A stretch of 62,420 nt of DNA from Octopus bimaculoides. Taxonomy: Eukaryota. Of this stretch, positions 43,828-54,899 are shown piece after piece. The notes below the pieces were generated by a model. That model made no database searches. It was not told where the DNA came from and was given only the letters and a program-made list of their open reading frames with translations. Location: contig NC_069001.1 in NCBI RefSeq assembly GCF_001194135.2, forward strand, positions 25,518,260 to 25,580,679, written 5' to 3'. Numbering within the stretch: the stretch's first letter is position 1; each line of letters opens with the position of its first letter. Position numbers and translations under genes: made by a program.

Positions 43828-43950
43828 TTAACCCAGTCCATAAATCTAAGACTGACCCTAACGGTAAACATAAACCTTGCACTAAGACCTAACCGTTACC
43901 CTAAATCTATTCCTAATGCCTGTACCAAAACGCTGACCTCAAACCTAAGT
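43828..43950. repeat. Degenerate 6-bp-period CCTAA/CCCTAA-like array
   Basis: Recurring ttaaccc, accctaac, cataaac, actaag, acctaacc, accctaaa, tcctaat, acctaag units. Confidence 0.6.
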
Positions 43951-44486
43951 CAGAACAGATAATTTTAAAGTATATATTACAGATAATGCAGTAGAAAACA
44001 TCCTGAAGTATCACCGAAAACTATTTGCCAAAATCTTTCATAAATTCAAGTGAATAGTTGGCAAAATATGTTAAGTGATATCATTCAGTGAATGCGGAGG
44101 AGAAATATATCGTATTACTTTATATATCTTGATTTAATGATATTAAAATAGTTTGGGGATTACTGCCCTATCAAATAGAGGAAGCAAGACATCTTCCGAT
44201 TTCAGGTAAGTGACTTGTTCAGCGCTGTACGCCCTACCGGCCAAGAAAACAACATTCGCCAAAATTTGTGATTTTCACCGTTATTCTATTGGGAAGCGTA
44301 ATATTTTAAGAGGTTATACACATACAAAGACATACACATATCCCTCCGTACACGATTCATAATTTGAATATGGAAATTCGTAAACATTGAATGTAAAACA
44401 GTATAAAAAAGCGTAAAATAATGTAAACAACTAAGATAGAAGTATATCTAAATAACATTTTTTCTCAATGCTATTTATATAATAGT

Positions 44487-44873
44487 GGAGGCGCAATGGC
44501 CCAGTGGTTAGGGCAGCGGACACGCGGTCATAGGATCGCGGTTTCGATTCTCAGACTGGGCGTTGTGAGTGTTTATTGAGCGAAAACACCTAAAGCTCCA
44601 CGAGGCTCCGGCAGGGGATGGTTGCGAACCCTGCTGTACTCTTTCACCACAACTTTCTCTCAGTCTTACTTCCTGTTTATGTTGTGCCTGTAATTCAAAG
44701 GGTCAGCCTTGTCACACTGTGTCAAACTGAATATCCCCGAGAACTACGTTAAGGGTACACGTGTCTGTGGAGTGCTCAACTACTTGCACGTTAATTTCAC
44801 GAGCAGGCTGTTCCGTTGATCGGATCAACTAGAACCCTCGTCGTCGTAAGCGACGGAGTACCAACAACAACAA
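44487..44873 (+). mobile_element. tRNA-derived SINE family B, full length with (AAC)n tail
   Basis: A-box TGGCCCAGTGG, B-box-like GTTTCGATTCTC, tail ccaacaacaacaa. Flanks atttatataatagt / atttatatagt look like an imperfect TSD. Confidence 0.93.
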
Positions 44874-45440
44874 TTTATATAGTGATAGAAAGATGCTCTT
44901 GCGTTCATTAGAAGTTGTCCACCTCATAATTCATGATACAGAGGCTGGGAGTCTATTTCAGTTCGGGAGTGAATCGTCATCATATGTCACTTAGTCCCAA
45001 ACACAAATCATATAGCTGCAATAGAATGTTGTATCACCAATAATAATGTGATTTCTCTAAGGCATCACCCAGTAATCTATCAAGTCCATTTACACATTTC
45101 TCAGTATATACTGCTGTTATGACTTCCCTCCCTCATTTTATATCTCCGTCGTAGATGGGTAGATTTGCTAGTATGTTCCAATGGTAACGAAATACTTCTA
45201 GTTCTTAATTAATACAGTGTATATCAAATTCTATATATTTGTGTGTGTACATGTACGTACACACAAATATTTGCATGTATGTATATCTTGATGTATTTTT
45301 TGACGCTGAATACGAGTTTCAGATTAATTAATTTAAGAAAAATTTCGAGAAGTATTATACAAGTTTAAAATTTGTTCACTCTCACCCAGTCAACAAAAGA
45401 GAACTGCACGTGATAGCTGTGATAAAACGAAAGTAAACAT

Positions 45441-45513
45441 TATTTTCCAGTCACAAGGCCCGAAATTTTTGTGGGAGGGGGCCAGTCAATTAGATCGACC
45501 CCAGTACTTAATT
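45441..45513 (-). mobile_element. SINE family A 3' fragment abutting the Penelope remnant
   Basis: cacaaggcccgaaatttttgtgggagggggccagtcaattagatcgaccccagtactta. Confidence 0.85.
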
Positions 45514-45523
45514 GGGAATTAAT

Positions 45524-46060
45524 TTAAGTTTGGTGTCCATATGAATTTTTGGAAGAATTGGGACGTTGATATTGAAATCTCCTTTGTTTCTGGGGTTGTA
45601 TGAGGATATATAAGGTAGTGCTTTTAGGTTAGATGTGATGTTGTGTTTGGCTTTTCTTAACGTTTTAAAATCTATCAGTAACCACAATTCGTAATTTTCT
45701 CATTTTATGAAGTTGCCTTCTGGACCTAAACACAATTGAGACTGAATAGAGAAGCCTCACCTACCAAAAAATATAAGCCAGAATTAAATATGAACCCATA
45801 TTAAAATTAAAGGACTTACCCCATCTAATGTAAGATATAAAATAGAGAACACAAAAGAAATATTAAAAATAAAAAATTACAGATTTACCTCCCCTCTACT
45901 GCAAAATAAATGAGTGAACACTTATCTCCAATATATTTTTCCTCTTAACGATATATCTTTTTTATCTCTCAGCCTGATGAGCAATGCGAAACCGGTTCTT
46001 ACTTCAAACATGTTGAACGAACACAACCTTATTTTGTACTAAATTGTATATCTTTATTAT
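45524..46060. mobile_element. Penelope-like element remnant: inverted RT-thumb fragment (minus) joined to GIY-YIG C-terminus and 3' pLTR (plus)
   Basis: Minus 45678-45524 reads LIDFKTLRKAKHNITSNLKALPYISSYNPRNKGDFNINVPILPKIHMDTKL (cf. PLE thumb PFVxTYNPRN). Plus about 45745-45805 reads RLNREA, frameshift, KYKPELN (cf. GIY-YIG ExxxIxxxKPxLN). Hammerhead core CTGATGAGCAATGCGAAACCGGT at 45974-45996. Confidence 0.7.
45971..46000 (+). ncRNA. Degenerate minimal type I hammerhead ribozyme
   Basis: CUGAUGA-GC(AAU)GC-GAAA with palindromic stem III ACCGGU and U at position 17. Stem I pairing is poor. Confidence 0.55.
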
Positions 46061-46406
46061 TATGGCTCTAATATACACATAATTCCGAAAAATTTAGTGA
46101 GCCGTGTTAAAATAATGAACTGCATGAACACACAGACCAAAATGATATATATTGAAAGAAACATTATTTTAACACGACACGAACTTTTTCTTCAACCTAA
46201 TATATATANNNNNNNNNNNNNNNNNNNNNNNNNNNNNNNNNNNNNNNNNNNNNNATATACATATATATATATATAGGTTATGGGCGATGAGCGAAAGTGG
46301 TGTCAATTGGACCCAGAGGTTTCAGGTAATGGTGAGTAATTGGTGTGGATAGACCATAGTTAAGCTCCAGGTTCAGTTATTATGCAAATAAGGGGTCCAA
46401 CGTAGG

Positions 46407-46442
<36 letters not shown>

Positions 46443-47599
46443 CGTTTATTTACTAAATTGTATTTCACAATGATATACAATGCCGAGGTATTTAAACAGA
46501 AAAAGAAATTCTTGAAATACCGATTTGAAAAAGTATACCATGTTTTAAGAAGCTATTCCTGCAATATTACCGGTGATTTCGAATGTAATTGCAAAGCGAT
46601 GCAAGTCATGTCAACATATGACGAAGATCTGTGGACCTGACAATTCTGTTAATTGAGGGTTAAATTACTGAGGTTCCGGGCGATAAGTGGTTTATGATAG
46701 CAAGTAACATTTCCCCATTACTCAATGAAAACAGGATAACATGAGGATCAATTTTTAGTATATTACACGTAAATTATAACTAATATGTTATTGATAAATA
46801 AAATAGAAATGTTGCAAACAAACACGCATTTAACTGACTAGAATATGCAAGTGAGGATATTTCAGCTTGATATCAAACATGATCATCTTACGATGCATTT
46901 GCATGTACTGAAAATAGGTGAAAACAAGAGAAAATACAGAAAAACGAGTAACACAAACTAAGATTAAATCTTCCGGTTACTCTTAAAATTTCCATTAACG
47001 AATCCAAATAATTTTAAGATCAATCAGCATGCAAGTTGATAGCGATATACTAGCTAAATCGTGTAATAGATAAGATCTGCAGTTTTGGTTAATAAAAATT
47101 TAGGAAAATTACCGATAAAATATCAAGTAGGAGTATAATACGTGATAAACACGAGCATTATGCTTGCATTTTAATCAATAAAAATAAAAATAGCAGAACA
47201 TTTTATTTTATGAATTTCTGTACAAAAAATATTACATTATCTGATGTCACTAAAAGCAATATGTGATATGTCCAACAAAAACATTTAAATTCGAAATGGA
47301 AGTTAGGGGTTAGGAAATTAGTTTGAAGGGAAATATCTAACCCTCTGAAAGCATCCATGAGAACTGAGTTAGACCAACAGAGGTTTAACACCTACATGAC
47401 ATGCTGGATTTCGCACAAATCCAGCACTCTTTATACGATTTCGGCTGACGCTGCCATGAAATTTCAAGTCATGTAGAGCTGATTAAAACAATTACGAAAG
47501 ATACAGGAAACGCCACCTAAGAGTGGGGTGCAAGTTTCACTCGCAAGACATTGAGGAAGTACGTGTTCAGGGAGACATAAATCTTTGTTTCAGTAATTG

Positions 47600-47765
47600 G
47601 ATCTTGGCTAGACTGAGGCACTGCCTTGAATAATAATTAGTCGTCCCCAGTTCAAATTCTAAAAACTGGTGATTATTCTATCGATTTCACTTGCCAAACC
47701 GTCATGTTACAGGGACATAACCATACCAATACCGGTTGTGAAACGGTGGTGTAGGACAAGCACAG
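47600..47765 (-). mobile_element. SINE family C, 3' portion, diverged
   Basis: Minus strand: caccaccgtttcacaaccggtattggtatggttatgtccctgtaacatgacggtttggcaag…atcgatagaataat…. Confidence 0.65.
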
Positions 47766-48630
47766 TCCTTAAGTCACACATGTTATCATGTGTGCAGCCC
47801 CCATATTGTGTCACTGACGATTCGGATTTCTGTGTGGCAAGAGTGTTTACATTTCTATTATATATTGTACCTTTATAGTCTAGCTTGGCTCAGTGTGGCA
47901 CCTACGACCCTTTCGCCTTGAGTTATCGCAACTATCCCTCTCTCCTATAAAACAGGTTGACTTTGAAACATATATCACTGCAATGTTTTTGCACCGGCTC
48001 TCTGCACATTCTATAGATTGCATTTCTAGTTTAACTGTTTAACTGGGTGCTTATCTTACACCCTATACAGTTTTTAATCATGACAGTTGTTTCTTCCAAA
48101 AGAGTATGTTCTATGGTCAGAGATTTTGAGGAAGCTCCTAGCTTTTCTACTAATTGTTTTTAGATTCTCTTATTCTAAAACTTTTCTAAATAGTTCGACA
48201 ACGGCCGTAGCGCTGATGGCCATGAAAGTCTGGAATTATTGGATGCCATACTTTTATTTGGCCTTACACATCTTCTGATTAATCCTTTTTATACTCTTCA
48301 ATGATTTCTGTACAGTGGACAAATCCCTTTCATGCCATTTTGCGATGGCTCCTTTGGGATCTTTGTGGTTTTCTTCACTGTTTACAAGTTTGGTCCAATT
48401 CTTTTGCAAATTTGGTATAAAAAGGAAGTTTTGTGTACTAATTATGAAAATGAAATTCATTTTACCTATACATCTATAATAAAAAAAATACTAGTTTTTA
48501 AAAGTTGCCAAATTTGGGTATTATAGCCAATCAGAAGCGTGTATTTTTCACATCACCCTGACGGAAAAAATCTGTTGCCCTGGTGAACAAAGATGCTGCG
48601 CAGGAAGAAAAGGAGATACGAGAAAGATAA

Positions 48631-48915
48631 TCTACTATAATAATAATCTTGTGTTTTTCTCGTTCACAACATATGCATGAGAAAGGTAGGGGTGATGGCA
48701 AACTGGTAGGGATGGCAAACTGGTAGGGGGAGCGTTTCATTTCTGTGAGTATATGTGTGTATGTAAAAGGACAGTATGTGAATGTGTGTGTGTGTGTGTG
48801 TATATGTATGTGTAAAGACAACCACTAGATAACATTGACAGTGTATTAATTTGATTTACCATCGATATTTATATATCGAATTAGCCGTCATTTTTGACAG
48901 CACGGGGCCAGCTAG
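48631..48915 (+). mobile_element. Short non-autonomous Helitron (same family as 32186-32483)
   Basis: A|TCTACTATAATAATAATCTTGTGTTTTTCTC … gtgtattaatttgatttacca … gccgtca-tttt-tgacagc-acgggg-ccag-CTAG|T. Confidence 0.82.
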
Positions 48916-49915
48916 TTTATTTTGTGAAATCCTAGAGAGTATTACAAACTTTCGTTCTTGAATATTTTTCACTAATGTATGTCTGTTTTAAACAATGTTT
49001 TTACTGTTATTTCTAGCAATCCCAGTTGGTTTGTTGGTTCGTAGCTTTAAATATTTAATTTGCTCGTAAATGTTTTAACGTTAATTTCATTCGTATATAT
49101 TTTAATGTTTTGACTGTTATTGCGATGATGGAAGAGGCAATGAAAGTGCTATTATTCTGATTGGCTGACAATTCTGAAAATGATCAAACTCTGAACATCT
49201 GTAACATTTTCGCAACATTTTTCGGGAATAGATAAATGACAAATTCGGATAGAGCGTCAAAGATTACATCTATATATTACATTAAAAAAATCTTTTTAAG
49301 CATAATTAGAAACAGTGACGAGAACCACAAAGAACCCTCCTTTGTACACCTTATTACTATCTCTGTGTCTATAAACACAGAGAAGAATAAACGGCTTTTG
49401 ACGAGGTTACAGTCTTGGCGACGAAGGAGATGTGATAGAAGCACCAATAACTAATAGCAATAACATTGAAGTGTAAGTCAAATAGTACGTGTGTTTATTG
49501 GCGAAATGAGCATTCCCAAATATTTACATAACTGTTTCAGCAACCGATTGCACATAGAGACTCTCGAACAAGAAGCAGATTCACAGACGCGCACAAGCAC
49601 GCACACCCATACAAAGACAGATACACACATATACACACATGCATATACAGAACACGCACACACATACTTATATATATATATTATTCTGAAACAAGAATGT
49701 TGCTGTTAGTGACTTCGAAGTTTAAGCCAGCTGAGCCATCCTCAGACGAGGTTAATTGCCTGAAACTTCGAAGCCACTATGAAGAACGTTTTCACTTAAG
49801 AATAAAAAGATCTTTGCTCTACAAACGTATAAGAGTAACCCGTGAGATTTATGTAAAATGGTTTTGAAAACAGACATTAATATTTGTGTGTGAGTGTGTT
49901 TGTATGTTTGCGTGC

Positions 49916-49953
<38 letters not shown>

Positions 49954-50672
49954 ACAGACATACATACATGTTTGTACGTATGTATGTATTCGAAATAATT
50001 TAGAAATGATCATATTTGACAATGATTTATTTTTATCCATATTTGTCTCAGAAAGACGAGGAGCATTCGACGAATTTTACATAGGAAATTTAAGAGTCTC
50101 TTGAAATATGATCAATATTAACAGAGATGCGACAAATTTAGTTGTGTTTATATTTGTATGCCTTGAATTGTTATTAAAAACATTTGAAGTGCTTTGAGAA
50201 AATGGAATTATGAAATGAAATCACCTATAAGTATTCATACGATATTAAGTATTGTTAAAGAATGGAACGAATAATTTCTTACGAATGCTTGATAATATAA
50301 TATGAAATAATGTTATGAAAACCACATAAGTTAAGTGCACATTAAATGGCAATCTTTGTTAAATAACATTGGAGAGTATAGTATGAATATGAAACTAAAG
50401 TAAATAATAGATTGAGGTTTTTACATTGGTGTAAGCCCAAAACACAGCAGAAAACAGGAGTAACTCTTTAAGAAATGAACAGAATTTAAATCACTTGAAA
50501 GACAAATTTCGTAACTACACGCACTCGCGCAACCACAGACTAATACAAACACACACACACACACGCAGAAGCACACAATACATACACACACACTCACACG
50601 CACTTAAATTGATGTAAACAGAAGTGAAAGTTTATTAAAAAGACAACCAAATTTATATTTACACAAGTCAGT

Positions 50673-50969
50673 GTCATTTTGGCGCGTGATTATCCTGGTC
50701 ATTTACACTTCAGGGTGCAATCAAACCTTAAACGTAACCCTAAAATTAACACGAAACTCTAGCTCTAACACTGAACTCTAACCCTAACTCCTAACACCAA
50801 CTCTAAACCCTTACTCTAAAACTCACTCTAATCGTAAATCCGAAATTAACTCTAACCATGAACACTAAATCTAAACGTAATCCTTAAAACTAAATTTAAT
50901 CGTAACCTGCATCAGATTCTTTACTAAAGTTTACAACGGATACTGAGGTAAATCGCACGCTAAAATAAC
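50673..50969. mobile_element. Imperfect inverted repeats enclosing a degenerate telomere-like hexamer array (MITE- or Helentron-like)
   Basis: 50673-50691 gtcattttggcgcgtgatt and 50951-50969 aatcgcacgctaaaataac are imperfect reverse complements. The interior about 50715-50910 is a (C/T)CTAA(C/A)-period array including taaccctaa. Confidence 0.55.
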
Positions 50970-51056
50970 CCGCAGATATTCTATTGGATATACTACATAC
51001 ATTAACCACAAGATGAACAACATTTTAACTCATAAAGAAAAATCATATATAATGAT

Positions 51057-51380
51057 AGGCGTACGAGTAGCTGTGTAGTAAGAAGTTTGCTTCACAACCT
51101 CATGGTACCTGGTTCGGACTATAGCCTCGGACTGACCAATGGCTTGTGAGTGAATTTGATTGACGTATATGCGCATGTGTGTGTGTGTAGTTGAGTTTAT
51201 GTTTGTGCCCACCACCTTTCGTCAACTGGTGATGGTGTGCTTACATGCTCGTAAACTAGCGGTTCGGCAAAATGACCAAATAGAATAAGTAGCAGGCTTA
51301 AATATAAGTCCTGGTGTCGATTAGTCACTGTCCAAGTATGGCCACATTCAAATGAATGAAACAGGTAAAAGATATAAGAT
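51057..51380 (+). mobile_element. CORE-type SINE family C (OR-like), internal deletion
   Basis: aggcgtacgagtagctgtgtagtaagaagtttgcttc…ctatagcctcgg…gcggttcggcaaaa…agaataagtagcaggctt…aaatgaatgaaacaggtaaaaga. Confidence 0.88.
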
Positions 51381-51703
51381 ACAATGATATTTTCCAACAG
51401 TATACAGTTTTCAATCTCACCAAACCATAAAACAGTTCATCATGTGAAATATAAAATTCACTCTCAGACAAATATGTAGAGAAAGATTTAATCTTGACCA
51501 AAACAACACGTAAATATAGCCATCCACAAGAAAAAAAAAAATTCAATTATGAATCCCATTATCTCTTAGAAAATCAATACAACATTCTAGCATACATTCT
51601 GTGAGCGCATATCTTATAATTGAAGAAACATACTTGACAAAACTTTAGTGAAATTGACGAATAATTTCACCATAATTCCCCACACACACAGCAAAAAGAT
51701 TCT

Positions 51704-52058
51704 AGGCATTAGCAGGGATGTGTTGAGGCTAAGAAGCTTGCTTTACAACCCCGTAGCTTCGTGTTCAATCCCACTACACAGCATGCGTCTGCCACATGAG
51801 AGTGAATGTGGTAGATGGAAACTGCGTGGAAGCCCATTGTTTATGCGTGCGAATAGGTATATGTGTCTTTGTGTTTGTGCCCCACCATCTGTGTTTAAGT
51901 TCCTGTATATTGTGGTTTGTCAGGAAAAGAATGATATAATCATAGGTTTTAAAATGTAAGTACTGGGGGCCCGTTTTGTTTGACTAGACCCTTTACGGCG
52001 ATGCTACAGCATGGCTGGACTTCAATGACCGAAGCAAATAAAAAAATAAAAGATAAAA
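51704..52058 (+). mobile_element. SINE family C, diverged
   Basis: taagaagcttgctttacaacc…gtgttcaatcccact…tagatggaaactg…gtttgactag…cagcatggc…tcaatgaccgaagcaaataaaa. Confidence 0.8.
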
Positions 52059-52680
52059 TATATAACAGGATTTAAACACTCAATCCCCCCTCCTCACCAA
52101 ACACAATCAATGACAAGAAGTATAAGGGGTAAAATCATAGACAGCCATGGTGTATGGTTATGCATTTCAGAATGTAAAACTAAGTCACGGGACATGTGTT
52201 AAGAGTTGATTGTATGACATTGTATTTTCAATATTTTGCAAACGAGTTTAATCTACTGCCATGCTTAGCAAACGAGTGCACACCACCGAAGAAATCCAAC
52301 AAAATTGAAATGACGTGGTCTGTTTGTCTCGAAGCGAAGGTGGTAGGAGTTATCTCCAACGTGCGGAGAGTATACTGAATTAAACACCTGGAAGAGATGT
52401 CTTCCTGGGGTTAAAATAGCAGTAACATCATCTCTCAGAGAACAGCCACGTTAAAGTGGCGATAGACACTAAAGTTTTGGTTCGTGTACTGCTTCGGTCT
52501 CGAACCAATATATTAGAACAGAGATTATCTAAATACATTTCATTTTCTCGAAAATAGGATTTTAAATATTACTCTGCAAAAGAACTGATCATTGCAGAAA
52601 GTATACAACCTCCTGTAAAATACAAAGTTAGTCATAACACACACATACATAAGCACATATAATACGTTCACATATACACA

Positions 52681-52842
52681 TATTGGTTTCAAATGTCGGC
52701 ACAAGGTTAGCAACGTCGGAGTGGGGGAGATAAGTCGGTTACATCTACCTTGTCTTCAACTGGTACTCCAAAAAAACAGAAAGACAATGCTGACCTCGGT
52801 AGAAATTGAACTCAGAGCATAAAGACGAACGAAATGCCGCTA
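52681..52842 (-). mobile_element. SINE family A, lacking head and part of core
   Basis: tattggtttcaaatgtcggcacaagg…tgacctcggtagaaattgaactcagagcataaagacgaacgaaatgccgcta. Confidence 0.82.
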
Positions 52843-53579
52843 TGGTTACGATGTTGACGACTCACCTCCTTCACAAACATACACATATTTTGAATGTGTT
52901 TTTCGGAATTTTAAGTGGACAGTATGTGATACGAAGAAGTAATTTACGGGAGATGACCTTCCTTGCATGTTTTCCAGTTTTTATGACACCTCTTTTCTTC
53001 GGAAGAGAATTAGTTTTATGACTCCTCCTTTCTGTGCGAAATCCGATTGTAGTAACTAATAAAATTTTAACATAATTCCATTGACGTTTTAAATCGCTTT
53101 TTCGCACAGCATTAGTCACGTCTACTTTGGCTGTCGTGAAATTAACAAAGTCAAAAATTCTTAATCGATTCTAGTCTAGACATTGTGTATTTTTTGTCGA
53201 AATCTTTCTATTATTTGTTTTGTAGATTTGGCATTTAATCTTTAACAATCACTCACTTGGATATTCGTTGTTCAATTTAGTAAGTAAATACATGTGTCAT
53301 ATTAAATCTACCATGTTTAAAAAGTGAATAATTACTTATTGCTCGTATCGGCAATTGTTTAAACAGAGCCTCACACGAACAGTTTTACCTTGATTTCAGT
53401 CGTTGGATTGCATTCATACAGTGGTATCACCATAAAGTAACTTAACCGATCGTATTGAAACATTGCTCGACGAAACGTGAAGTCATTAGATATAAAGATA
53501 GATCATATAAGCTAATACTGGACATACGGTGTCAACCTAAAAAGAGACTCATGATTCGAATGACGTTTTAAATCACTTT

Positions 53580-53789
53580 TGCGTTTGTGTCTGTCTCCCA
53601 CCACAGCTTGAAAAGCTGTTGTAATTTGTTTACGTCCACGTAACTTAACGGTTCGGCAAAAATAGTCCGATAAAAGAAGTACCAGGCTTAAATAACAATT
53701 AAGACTTCAGTCGATTCATCCGACTAAAAGTTTTTCAAAGCCATGCCTAAGCACGGCCGTACTTTAATGACCGAAACTCATAAAAGATA
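53580..53789 (+). mobile_element. SINE family C, 3' half
   Basis: gtttacgtccacgtaacttaacggttcggcaaaaatagtccgata…agtaccaggctta…taatgaccgaaactcataaaagata. Confidence 0.82.
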
Positions 53790-54041
53790 CATGCATACCA
53801 TTACATAGAAACAATCTCACTGGAGGATTATTATTACACGCTCACAAGTGTGTCTCGAAACGGTCTGTCCAAAAGCTAGAAATAGGAAGGATATCTCCTG
53901 CGAATTACATCTAAACACACTAACAGTAAAAGATACGTGAATATAATGTTGTCTTTGCTGTATGTAATTCAAGTTTGAGATATTTTAGTTAGTTTGAAGC
54001 TGTATCAGTCTTAGATTAAGATTATATATTTTGTTTTAAGA

Positions 54042-54652
54042 TATATTAATTCGAAAGACGTATTTAAGAATTTGTTCTTATATACAAATAAATAAATAAA
54101 TAAATATATATAATAGATAAAAAATAATTTTTACCTGAATCATTTAACTAATGCTTTTTCTTTGGAGCTGTAGGAAGACAAGTGTATATAAGCGGTTTCA
54201 CAAAAACTCAGCACATGTGAAAAGTAGTCAAATTTCTGAACCGAAATCTGGTCAGCGTGCATCTAATTGAGCATACTCTACTCAAGGCTCAAGAAAATGG
54301 TGGTTACCTTCGACTAACGCATATATTCTTTTTCCCACAAACATGTGTATGCGCGGATCTCCAGTGGAATTACCGTAGGAAGATAATTCGAAAGAGATAA
54401 ATATAGACTCTAATTGTACACTAATAGAATCTCATACAAGGGAGTGCTGAAAAATTCCTGGCTTCAAGGGCATCACGAAAAACTTCGTTGGAGGCCCAAA
54501 CTACCTAGTTCTTTTGAAGGGCTTAGAAAAACTGAACGACCATGTGTGAATCTGGGGGGAAATATGTTCAATACAATCATAATTAGCTGATCGTCCTGCG
54601 TTTTATTTTACTCAAAGCCAGGAACTTTTCCGCATCCCCTCGTACAATCACG

Positions 54653-54683
<31 letters not shown>

Positions 54684-54899
54684 GCAAGGGACTTCGATAT
54701 ATTAATTTGTAAGGCATATTTAGGAATTCCTTATTATATATAAAATATATTTAATTTTGTCTTGAATCATTTTAACTACAATTTTCATAAGTAGCTGAAA
54801 CAGTGTCAGAAGACCTGTGTGTACGACCGATTTCACAAAGCTTCAAGACGTGTGAAAAGTAGCTAAATTTCTGAACCGAAATCTGGTCAGAATGCATCT
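54042..54899 (+). repeat. Local direct duplication (about 54042-54264 and 54696-54899)
   Basis: Shared gatatattaatt…tattta(a/g)gaatt, gaatcattt(t)aacta, tttcacaaa and tgtgaaaagtag..aaatttctgaaccgaaatctggtcag..tgcatct. Confidence 0.8.
54437..54642 (+). mobile_element. Mariner-derived MITE
   Basis: TA flanks at 54435-6 and 54643-4. TIRs caagggagtgctgaaaaattcctggctt and aagccaggaacttttccgcatcccctcg. The interior keeps a mariner C-terminal remnant EGLRKTER…CVNLGGKYVQ (cf. GIxKLxxRWxKCVxxxGxYVE). Confidence 0.88.

Noticed and set aside
46276-46410. Short unique segment between (TA)n tracts with ttggaccc/gggtccaa and an ATGCAAAT octamer
   Set aside because: The 8-bp inverted match is internal rather than terminal, and these motifs are too short to exceed chance.
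47430-47490. Possible third hammerhead (minus strand ggcagcgtcagccGAAAtcgta)
   Set aside because: No CUGANGA box upstream of the putative stem II.
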